DNA of 64,000 nt from Balanoglossus misakiensis (taxonomy: Eukaryota > Animalia > Hemichordata): the NCBI GenBank assembly GCA_040954595.2, contig CM082585.2, positions 4,489,358-4,553,357 on the forward strand, read 5' to 3'. Below are positions 13,260-26,117 of the stretch, piece by piece (positions within the stretch are counted from its first letter, which is position 1; each line of letters begins with the position of its first letter). The notes beneath the pieces were generated by a model. It did no database searches, was not told the origin of the DNA, and saw nothing but the letters and a program-made list of their open reading frames with translations. The position numbers and the translations under genes were made by a program.

Positions 13260-14033
13260 GGCTGCATTCACAAACACCTCTGGAGGGGGGGGCGGGAGAA
13301 TTCAATTTTTTTTACCGCTAATTTTCACATGCCCCCTGTACACAGCCGAAATATTTTCAAATCCCCCCTTCCAAACTGCCAAAATTTTGAAATCCCCCCC
13401 CCCCCATTTTCTTTCACAGAGCAAAACACATCACCTATCTTGTAAAAAAAGAAAAACAGCGCTCCCATGAAAAGAATTTGAAACTAGTGTTTCCCCTCAT
13501 CAGTGGGTATTAAAACTGAACATTGTTTTTATTTTTTAAGTATTTGTATTTGTGTTGGGAGACATTGTAAACCGAGAAGTGAAGGGGGTGGATTTGGGAG
13601 GGGGTGTCCCCCACCCATGTTAGAAAATTTTACACAATACAGAGTTCAAAACTGCATTTAATGAACCCAAAAGCAAATTTAACTCAACTACCGGTATGTT
13701 GGGGAGGACAAATTTAACCGTCACCGCTCAAAGTTATCATGGGGTGGGGGCAAGTCCCCTGACCTGGGACACTAGATAAAGCAGTCAATGATTGAAGGGT
13801 GTTGATGAATGGAGGGGTGGGTGTGGGAGGGGGTGTCCCCCTCCCACATTAGAAAATTTTGTAAAATAAAGGGCGCGAAACTGCATTTTTGTGGACTCAA
13901 AATAAATATTTAGTCGTCAAAGTTTTTAAGTCCCCCCTTTCAGTCCCTAAATTATTTCAAATCCCCCCCCCTTACATACCCTCAATTTTTTTCAAATCCC
14001 CCCCCCCCTCCAGAGGTGTTTGTGAATGCAGCC
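13260..14033. mobile_element. PIF/Harbinger-like MITE
   Basis: TIR GGCTGCATTCACAAACACCTCTGGAGGGGGGG with its complement at the other end; TTA duplicated on both sides. A truncated inverted copy lies at 19682-~20185. Confidence 0.8.
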
Positions 14034-14151
14034 TTACTATTGAATATTCAGTTGTGTGTTGTTGAAGCAATGACAACAGAGTGATCGTACTATCCCCATT
14101 GGGCTAACACTAGTTGACTTTAGCTTCGGAATTTAATCTCAGTCCCTCTCT

Positions 14152-14257
14152 TAGTCTGGTCCCCTGTCCCAATCCCAGCGCTGACTGCGCTACGCTGAAG
14201 GGAGATTCCTTCAGCGAGGCGCAGCCAGCGGTGGGATTGGGGCAGAGGACCAGACTA
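14152..14257. mobile_element. 106-bp palindromic mini-transposon (TIRs only), 9-bp TSD, AcademH-like
   Basis: TAGTCTGGTCC...GGACCAGACTA flanked by a perfect TCCCTCTCT duplication (14143-14151 and 14258-14266). Confidence 0.8.
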
Positions 14258-14856
14258 TCCCTCTCTGACACTGATAATTATTTGAATCAGTGGCTTAATG
14301 ACGGCAAAACATGTCATTGCTACTAACCGTTTTGATGATAGACTGACAATTGTACACGGATTAAATATTTTGTAACCCGACTACTCTTTAATTGTTTGTA
14401 TTCTGATATTTACCAGTGTCATTGTGTGGTTTTTGTTGGTCAATAAACAACTGAAACTGTCCAAATTTTGGAATGAACTTTGATCCAATTCTCCCCACTA
14501 CAACATTCTATATACAGACTTTAAAAACTAAAAATGATTAGGAATGGGATACATGAACATTTTTGAGGGTCAAAATCTCGCCCTCTGAGATATTAATGCC
14601 TTTATATTGGATATATACCAGTACCAAATTCCATCGCAAATCTTGAAATCAAGTGAATACTGAATTCACGTGGAAGGTCTGACTTCGCTAGTGCTGAGAC
14701 ACATTTTGAAACCACCGTTTTTAATATTGTTTCAATGCTTGCAGTTGAGTTTGAAGTTTACTGGTGCGGGCGGAGACGAAGTTGTTGTCCGTTTAAGAGA
14801 AGTTGACCGGCCTGTCACGTACATGTCCCTGCAACGAAAGCCCCTCTCAGTCCTTT

Positions 14857-14906
14857 CCGCCAGGTGGCGCCATTCACTGACCTGATGACCTTTGACCCTA
14901 GTTAAA

Positions 14907-14912
<6 letters not shown>
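14857..14912 (+). promoter_or_regulatory. Putative proximal regulatory cassette of the ZNF gene: CTCF-like, DR1 and YY1-like motifs
   Basis: CCGCCAGGTGGCGC, TGACCTTTGACCC and AAAATGGCGG (overlapping the ATG) within ~55 bp. The CTCF-like and YY1-like motifs are kept in all four copies; the DR1 is slightly degenerate in C. Motif match only. Confidence 0.45.
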
Positions 14913-16890
<1,978 letters not shown>

Positions 16891-16975
16891 AGGTCCAGAA
16901 CAAGAAATTCCATTTCACTCTAAGAGTCTTTGAATCAAAAGTTTTCTGGTAATTATAAAACTCAGAATCCCCATA

Positions 16976-17267
16976 AAGCGGGCAGCTCGTCTCACGCGCA
17001 TGCGCGTAACTTCCCAGCAAATTTTCCTGTTCGATGCATTCAAATGGTGGACTGCCTCCGCTTCCTTCCATATTTCATTCGCACCGTATAAGTAGATTCT
17101 GGTTTTGTCCCTCCTTTTCACCCAAGCTAGTGTCTTTTCCCGATCTCTGACACAGATTATGGTTGTTGCCATCTTGTGTGAGCACTGCCTTATGGGATTG
17201 ACTGTTCACTAAACGTCTGTAACCAGCGGCTACAGTTGGAACATGCGTGTGAGACGAGCTACGCGCT
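16976..17267. mobile_element. ~285-bp MITE with TTAA TSD (Kolobok-like), one per ZNF unit
   Basis: AGCGGGCAGCTCGTCTCACGCGCATG...CATGCGTGTGAGACGAGCTACGCGCT|TTAA. Copies at 26595-26876 (TTAA on both sides) and ~60529-60818. Confidence 0.75.
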
Positions 17268-19016
17268 TTAAACTAAGCATATTTTTTTCCAGAAAGCTTA
17301 GATATAGAGGGGAACATTTTGGTTACTTCAGTGTGACAAGCAATATAAATAACCTTCCTGAAACTAGATATTCTACTTGAATTTCTGTGAATGCAAGCTT
17401 TTGTAACTGTAATACAAATTGTGCCTGGGATGTTTTTCAGCCCCTTCTGAGTTGTAAATTTACCCTGTGGTCTATCAATTTGCTCCCCAAAAAATCTAGA
17501 TAAAAAATACTGTAATATTGTGTCAATTGCTGCGGCAAAGTTCAATAGGCAGGGGTGAAAACTGAACTCTATAGGTGCTGCCAAAGACAGTGACACTCTT
17601 CATCACACTTCGTTACTCGAAGTTACTTTGTTTACTTTGTTACTTTGTTACATTGTTTTGGGTATTTCCACCAAAGATTGTTGATTAGAGACAGAAAATG
17701 TGTGATTTTGGCTTGAATATATTCAATCTGACTTTGAAGTATTCACTATTGGTAAGGATATCATCCATAATGAGTAGGATAGGGCTTAAAGGGACTCTCT
17801 CTTGCTGCCCCTTTTCCATGTTTGATACAAGATACCGTTTATGTTATTCTACATGTGGATGTATAGTGAATCAACTTTCGTCCACAAACAACTTCCATCC
17901 TGTTTGTAGGATATGAGAGTAAAAATCTCACCAAAATGAATGGGTAAACACCGATTATTCATTTTGGCGAGTTTTTTCACTCTCATGTCTCCAAGTGGGA
18001 TAGAAGTTGTGTGTGGTTGAACGTTGATTCACTATATATCCACATGTAGAATAACATAAATGGTGTCTTGTATCAAACATAATTAATAGAAACAAGGACA
18101 ATGAAAGAGAGATTTTGTCCCTTTAAGTCTTTAGATTGTACACCAGAAATGTATATGAATTCCATGTTCTACCAAGTGAATTGGGATGTTTATTGTTATC
18201 ACATTAACAGTTGAAACGAATGTGTATTTGGAAAGGGCTGAACTACCATCAGAAGAATTGTTAACTGTTCACATTTTTGATCAATTCTTACAAGTGTATT
18301 TTGTGTTTTTGTTGTCAGGCCAATAAACAGTCAAAACTTGTTGAATTTTTGGAGTTAGCTTCCTGCCTCCTTCAATTTTTTTTTTAATCTGTAGTTCTGT
18401 ATGAAAAAGATTTTGATTGATGTAGGCCCATAAGGAACCCAATTCATCCAAAACATAGACATGTTTCCGACTACTCTTTTATTGTTTGTATTCTGATCTT
18501 TACGAGTGTCATTGTGTGGTTTTTTGTTGGTCAATAAACAACTGAAACTGTCCAAATTCTGGAATGACCTTTGATCCAATTCCCTCCACTACAATATTCT
18601 ATATACAGACTTTAAAAACTAAAAATGGTTAGAAATGGGATACATGAACATTTTTGAGGGTCAACATCTCGCCCTCTGAGATATTAATGCCTTTATATTG
18701 GACAGATATACCAGTACCAAATTCCATCGCAAATCTTGAAAACAAGTGAATACTGAGAATACACGTGGAAAGTCTGACTTCGCTAGTGCTGAGACACATT
18801 TTGAAACCATCGTTTTTAATATTGTTTCAATACTTGCAGTTGAGTTTGAAGTTTACTGGTGCGGGCGGAGACGACGTTGTTGTCCGTCTATAGGAAGTTG
18901 ACCGGCCTTTCATGTATTACGTACATGTCCGGGTCACATTCCAACGAAAGAACGAAAGCCCCTCCCAGCCCTTTCCGCCAGGTGGCGCTATTCACTGACC
19001 TTTGACCCTAGTTAAA

Positions 19017-22000
19017 ATGGCGGAAACTGACATGCTGCAGACTAGTCTCGGTTACCCAGAGCCCTCTGCTTCTTCCGTTAGGCACTCCAGAAAGAGGGTC
19101 TGGGGAAACCCGGTAGACAAACCGTCAGGCGGAATCGGGACAGCTGCGATGCATGACGGGAGATTAATATTCGATACGATATTATGATATGTCGATATTA
19201 GAAAACTATTTACCGAACTTCTCTCTCTCTTTTCAATTTGTATACAGTTTTAGCAGGTCTAGCACTTCTCAGCATGTTTTCTTTATCGTATGTCATACAT
19301 GTCGGCCGTGGGTTCGGATAGGGTAAGTGCGCGAGTCGAAGAGTTCCTGCCCAGCTACCATGTGGGCAGTGGTGAGGCTTATCCCTGGGGAGGCAGCTGA
19401 CGTAAGGTCGCGTGTTGATGACATGACCCAAGGTCATCTATCATCCACCGAGAGCGCATGTGCAGCTACAGTGTACATACGGAGAAAGTACGGTGTTTTG
19501 GTGTGGGAGGCACATATAATTAGATTTTTTACTACACTTCGTGAAAATTAACTCAGGAAAGTAAATATAACAGTTTGCCTTTGTATCAATTACGGTACTG
19601 TGACAGGAGTGTCTGGCATGCTCCGATAGAAATTATGGAATGTTTGGTTAAAGTAACTGGATTACAACTTGATATAGGTAAGGCTGCATTCACAAACACC
19701 TCTGGAGGGGGGGGGGGGCAGGAGAATTGAGGGGGGGATTTGAAAAAATTGAGGGTATGTAAGGGGGGGGATTTGAAATAATTTAGGGACTGAAAGGGGG
19801 GGACTTGAAAACTTTGACGACTAAATATTTATTTTGAGTCCACAAAAATGCAGTTTCGCGCCCTTTATTTTACAACATTTTCTAATGGGGGAGGGGGACA
19901 CCCCCTCCCACACCCACCCCCTCCATTCATCAACACCTTTCAATCATTGATTGGTTTATCTAGTGTCCCAGGTCAGGGGACTTGCCCCAACCCCATGATA
20001 ACTTTGAGCGGCGACGGTTAAATTTGTCCTCCCCAACATACCAGTAGTTGAGTTAATTTGCTTTTGCCGGGTTCATTAAAATTCAGCTTTGAGCTCTGTA
20101 TTTTATAAAATTTTCTTACGTGGGAGGGGACACCCCCTCCCAAACCCATCCCCTTCAATTCTCGGTTTACAATGTCTCCCAACACAGAGTTATGGAATGA
20201 TTAATTTCCCCAGCCATCAACTCAAATTAGTTGACTTACCTATATCAAGTTGTAATCCAGTTACTTTAACCAAACATTCCATAATTTCTATCGGAGCATG
20301 CTTCCACCCACATGGCAGGAGTATTTTCCACCCACGTGGCAGGTCATCATCAAACCATGCTCTGAAATTTTTATCCACAATTACTTTCCCCAGCTATCAA
20401 CTCAAATTAGTTTACTTACCTATATCAAGTTGTAATCCACTTACTTTAACCAAACATTCCATAATTTCTATCAGAGCATGCTTCCACCCACATGGCAGGA
20501 GTATTTTCCACCCACGTGGTAGGTCATCATCAAACCATGCTCTGAAATTTTCATCCACGATTACTTTCCCCAGCTATCAACTCAAATTAGTTTACTTACC
20601 TATATCAAGTTGTAATCCACTTACTTTAACCAAACATTCTATAATTTCTATCGGAGCATGCTTCCACCCACATGGCAGGAGTATTTTCCACCCACGTGGC
20701 AGGTCATCATCAAACCATGCTCTGAAGTTTTCATCCACGATTACTTTCCCCAGCTATCAACTCAAATTAGTTTACTTACCTATATCAAGTTGTAATCCAC
20801 TTACTTTAACCAAACATTCCATAATTTCTATCGGAACATGCTTCCACCCACATGGCAGGAGTATTTTCCACCCACGTGGTAGGTCATCATCAAACCATGC
20901 TCTGAAATTTTCATCCATGATTACTTTCTCCTATAAAAATCAAAGATAAAGTTGCAACTCGCGGGGCTTTAATTGATAGAAAGATCAGAAGTTTTAAATA
21001 AATAAAAAAACTCGAGGATGGGAACGGAACAGTTACAATTTGAAAGTTCAACAATGCTGGTTTGGTAATTTGCTTAGCATAGCAACCAACAAGCATTTGT
21101 ATGCAGACGTTACCAACAAAACGGCATTTGGATTTTCCGAAATCACCCTTGACATATAACAAACTAGTTTTATAGTTCTACAGTATTATCGACTTCTCAC
21201 CCATTATTCGATATAATGGCATATCGGCACCTACCAGCATCTTTCTTTTACAAATTTTAACTGGGGAGTTACATGGTATTGATTATCGAATAACAGCGGC
21301 TGCAGCTTGACATTATTACCATAAAATATTAGACTATTTAACAAAGACATACATGACACTCATTACCATTTAACATTTTACAATATGTTTTCACTTAGAA
21401 ATTCAACGCTATAACAAACTCAAACCTTAGTTTCTGAATGATAATTTGTATGATGTCAAATCAGGTGTTCGTCACGATCTCTCCTATGGCATAAGACAAC
21501 TAGAGAGATTGGTCAGTTATTTTGTGATCAAATGACTTGCTAGAGACCTACTTCTACCTGTAGTAGACTCTAGACACAATCTTCATTTTTAGAACTTATT
21601 ATCAATTTTCCCCATCATAGACGAAATGGCATGGTATATAGACTATAGGGACCGATCATGGTGATTTTGATGATGGTAACAACAACAACAATACAACATA
21701 ATACAATGCAATGCAATGTAATAATAATAACAATACAAAAACAACAACGACGACGACAACAATAATAGTAATAATACTGATGATGATGATGATCATCATC
21801 ATCATAATAATAATACCAAAGCCTCAAAAATGTTTACAGATAAAAACATAAAGTAAATACAATGACACTGCAATGAAAATATCTACCCGCAAAATAAAAT
21901 CGAAATCGAACATCTTATTTTTTAAAAATTCATCACAGCAGAGTAAAAACAAAATTATAAAAGAAAACTTGTGGAGCGTTCCCATATCACAAGTAATTTA

Positions 22001-25000
22001 TGTAAAAATGTCTATTCTAACCTAAAACATGCGCTAAAACAAATGAAGTGGCTAGCACCCAAAAATAATAAAACATCAAAGTTTTAATCAACCATTTAAA
22101 GATTGTTAACAAAGTGTGTTTCAATGTCGTTAAACTTAGCCACAATATGAGCTGTACAAGACTTTTTTTGCATTACAAAGTACAGTAATTCATTAAAATT
22201 GTCTTTTTGCTAATTGTAGATTAAAGAGACATACTATCTAAAAAAATGTCATGCTTAAAATTCAAATAGCAGCTATATTTCGTGGTTTACGTATCTTTGT
22301 TGTAGGATCGTACATCGTAATCGTATTATGTTGGTTGGGGTATGAACAGAAACGACTACGTTAACATTTCACATTGAGGGCGTTCTCCACATGCTACCCC
22401 CCCCCCCTCCCTCCGCCGCTCGCTCGCTCGCTCGCTCGCTCACTTCGGACATCGTATACCACTGATACGATGGACCAACTGTCTTGTCATGATAAATCGT
22501 GTAAAGAACGCAGTAAACTGAATGCTACTTTATACAGTATACTATAGTATTTCGAGTCAATTTCCCGATCCAGTATGCCTCCATAGGTGCCCCAAATTGA
22601 GAAAGATCGCGCGTTTTTCCGACGTTTAGTGTGCATCACATTCACAACGATATTTTTGAAATCTAGGCTATATTTACCCAGATCGATTTTCATGAAGTAA
22701 TTTCACATCTGCACGTCGTATGTTACAGTAAATAAGACGTTAGCATAGTGCGAACGTCGAAAGAAGAGTGCATGCGTTGGAATGCGGAACTACGTGACTA
22801 TCTGTCACTCTCTCTTGCACTAACTGTGAAATTTCCGCAAATAATGGTTTTTAAATTCTTTAGACACAACGAAATAACATTTCCGTGTAGTAATTTTAAG
22901 AACTGGAGGCTGTATTTTGCATGAAATAGTGCGAACGCGCAGACTACGAATGCAAATGTGATCTGCGTCCCCTGGGATCCACCACAGCTCTGCTCACATG
23001 GTAGGAAGGCAGGTTCTCTCTGACGCGCGCACATACTATCTGTGGGTTCGCGCGCAGGACGTCGCCATTTTGGAATATTAATCTCCCGTCATGCATCGCA
23101 GCTGTCCCGATTCCGCCTGACGGTTTGTCTACCGGGTTTCCCCAGACCCTCTTTCTGGAGTGCCTAACGGAAGAAGCAGAGGGCTCTGGGTAACCGAGAC
23201 TAGCTGCAGACTAGATTGTGTCCGTGGACAACTGGAAACCGAATGGACGCCACACCAATTTGCAACCACTTGACAAGTGCTAGTATGTATCTTTGTCCAC
23301 ATCTGTTCCTGCTGAGTTCGAAAGATAATGGTTTGCAGTAATTCGGTGACATTCGATCACTTTTTCGATAGTTCAATTAGTTGCTGCTGTTCCGTAGCTC
23401 TACCACTCCCCCCCCCCCCAGAAAAAAAAGAAACAACCTACAGCGTTGCTGCAGTTTTGCAGCCCCTCCATCTCCCCTGGACGATTTTTGTTTTTGTGGG
23501 GAGAGTGCGGGGCTGCAGGTCCGAGATATTCTAAACCGCACAACAGCGATCGAGAATTCAGTCGGAGCGAATTTCTACACTCCAGTCCACAATTTTCCGG
23601 TAACAGGTCACTTCGACCCCTGGCCATTTAGACCCCAGTGATTCACACCTCTTTGTGGTCACCTTGACCCCTGTGGCCAAGTCACTTCTGATTATTTCAT
23701 AGGTCTGTAACAACACTTAGGGACGATATGCAACTTTTCGGGGAAAATTGCCTCAGAATAACAGTCACTTGACCGGTAAATATGTGTCCCTGTAATGCGT
23801 ACGATTCACGGTAAAGCTGCGAGAACTTGCGATTCGCTACTCAATCTCACGGTTTCTTTGAATAAAGCTACCCTATATATCTTTTGATTTACGGTTGGGG
23901 TGTCATTTTTTAACTTCACACGCAAAAATCGCATGTGTAGTGCCTCACACCGGAGCCCTGGAAAACTCTGCAAATATTTAGCGCATCAAACGAACCTGAT
24001 AACACATTCACGCCACTCAGTTTGTCTCCTTACCGAATGAATTTATAGGGGTCGAAGTGACTTTAGGTGTCGGGGGTCGGAACGGCCAGGGGTCGAAGTG
24101 ACTAGAAACCAATTTTCCACTATTTTCTCGCCAACTGGCCTTATTGGGTCCCGGAACCCATTCCACACTTGCGTGGCAAAGGATGTCCGTTATTTGTCAA
24201 TTTTGCCTATGTTTTCCCAGTTCTTCAACCAATTAATTAACAATGGGTTTCAAAACAGCCGCCATTTTGACAAAAACAAAAATCGCCCAGGGGAGACGGA
24301 GGGGCTGCAAAACTGCAGCAAGCTTAAACTTCATCCTCCATAGACATATCATTATTATCACTGTTAATATTCAACAAATGAATTTTGAAGGTTCTTTCTT
24401 GGGTGTTACAATGTATGTCCTAAACCAGTGTGTGTGGCAAAAACATGTAAACATAACATACCAGCAGACAGAGTTTGAATGAATGTTCATGCCTTATTTT
24501 TCCAGAATGTTCAGAGGTGTGCAGACTGTACAGAAATTCAAATATGTTACATGAACTTGGCAGGCTATTGGAAGTATTAAATAGCAAACTTAGGCATAAA
24601 GTTGAAGCTGGTGCTGAATCCTTTGATGGTAAGTAAGCATCATGTCTTACTGTTACAATGGAAGTATATAGCTTAGAGTACAGGCAGTATTTATATTTAC
24701 ACATACAACATGGAGAAAACTAAAAAAAATGTCGTTTGTCCAAACACATACTTGAATAAAAATGTAGGTCAATTTACAGATGTTGCGGAAAAATACATAT
24801 CCGAAGACTGAAAAGCAACAGAGACCACTTCACATCAAAGACTAGCTGCCACGGAGCCCAACATTTGTAGTGGCAGTACCAAATCAAAATCACATTTCTC
24901 CTATACCAAATGTAACGTAAAATAAATGACCATGATTCCTATTGCTAACTGCATGCATGTCATTTGCATACACACTGGTGTTATTAACTCTACAGATACA

Positions 25001-26117
25001 TTTGGATTTTTTCCCCTTTGAGACAATTTTCCTAACCTTTCCAGATGTTTGTTTCCATCCAACAGATGTGTCCCTGATAATCCACACCCTGGCACACTAT
25101 GGCCATATTGAAGTGAACCCACTGGATGATGTCGTCAGTGGAGATGTTGAACGAGAACTTGGGAAAGCACGGGTGCTGAACCTTGATGGCCAAACTGGAC
25201 AGTGCCTAAGAGGATCAGTAATTGAAGAGTGTAGTACCGGTAGTCAGCAAGAACACACAGAGGTCTACACAAGTGAAAGGACATATTCATCCAGTGAATG
25301 TGGGAAAACATTTACGCAAACTGGAAATCTGAAGGTACACATGAGGATCCATACAAAGGAAAGACCATATTCATGCAATCAATGTGGGAAAACTTTTGCG
25401 CTAAATGGAAATCTGAAGAAGCACATGAGGATTCATACAAAGGAAATACCATATTCATGCAATCAATGTGGGAAAACGTTTACACAAAATGGAAATCTGA
25501 AGAGGCACATGAGGATCCATACAAAGGAAAGACAATATTCATGCAATCAATGTGGGAAAATGTTTACACAAAATGAAGATCTGAAGAAGCACATGAGGAT
25601 CCATACAAAGGAAAGACCATATTCATGCAATCAATGTGGGAAAACGTTTACACAAAATGGAAATCTGAAGGTACACATGAGGATCCATACAAAGGAAAGA
25701 CCATATTCATGCAATCAATGTGGGAAAATGTTTGCACGAAATGGAAATCTGAAGGTACACATGAGGATCCATACAAAGGAAAGACCATATTCATGCAATC
25801 AATGTGGGAAAATGTTCACACAAACTGGAGATCTGAAGGTACACATGAGGATCCATACAAAGGAAAGACCATATTCATGCAATCAATGTGGGAAAATGTT
25901 TGCACGAAATGGAAATCTGAAGGTACACATGAGGATCCATACAAAGGAAAGACCATATTCATGCAATCAATGTGGGAAAATGTTCACACAAACTGGAGAT
26001 CTGAAGGTACACATGAGGATCCATACAAAGGAAAGACCATATTCATGCAATAAATGTGGGAAAGCGTTTACACAAAATGGACATCTAAAGAAACACATGA
26101 GGATCCATACAAACTAA
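19017..26117 (+). CDS. C2H2 zinc-finger gene copy B, 10 tandem fingers; exon 1 interrupted by a transposon
   Basis: Exon 1 is 19017-19042 plus 23212-23282, split by the 19043-23202 element and its TSD. Exon 2 is 24506-24628. Exon 3 is 25066-26117 with a phase-1 acceptor in frame with DVSLIIH. Fingers are YSCNQCGKxFxxxxxLKxHMRIH with TKERP linkers; the first lacks a Cys. Degenerate fingers follow the stop to ~26495. Functionality is uncertain; an alternative in-frame ATG lies at ~23243. Confidence 0.8.
19043..23202. mobile_element. 4160-bp non-autonomous TIR transposon, AcademH-like (130-bp TIRs, 9-bp TSD)
   Basis: Apparently perfect TIRs at 19043-19172 and 23073-23202 (TAGTCTCGGTTACCCAGAG...). 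TSD GCTGCAGAC at 19034-19042 and 23203-23211. Empty sites are visible in copies A, C and D. No transposase ORF found. Confidence 0.9.
20201..20928. repeat. Tandem repeat, 4 x 180 bp, inside the 4.16-kb element
   Basis: Units start at 20201, 20381, 20561 and 20741; they explain the repetitive 286-aa ORF. Confidence 0.95.
23446..24321. mobile_element. TIR element in intron 1 of copy B with an inner inverted-repeat pair
   Basis: ~50-bp TIR TTGCTGCAGTTTTGCAGCCCCTCC.../...GGAGGGGCTGCAAAACTGCAGCAA. Inner pair GTCACTTCGACCCCTGGCC (~23607) / GGCCAGGGGTCGAAGTGAC (~24084). Absent from copies C and D; flanking DNA is deleted, so no TSD. Confidence 0.7.

Noticed and set aside
20089-20949. 286-aa ORF as a transposase or cargo gene
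   Set aside because: It is the read-through of a 180-bp tandem repeat with a TTG start and no recognisable motif.
24780-24867. Extra ZNF exon after TTTACAG|ATGTTGCGG
   Set aside because: It contains an in-frame stop in copies B, C and D, the acceptor is deleted in A, and exon 2 splices in frame directly to the ZF exon. It could at most be a poison exon.
24942-26117. Calling the ZNF gene PRDM9, or using the ORF-track start at 24942
   Set aside because: No PR/SET, SSXRD or KRAB exon was found. The ORF's first ~41 codons are intronic, upstream of the acceptor at 25065.
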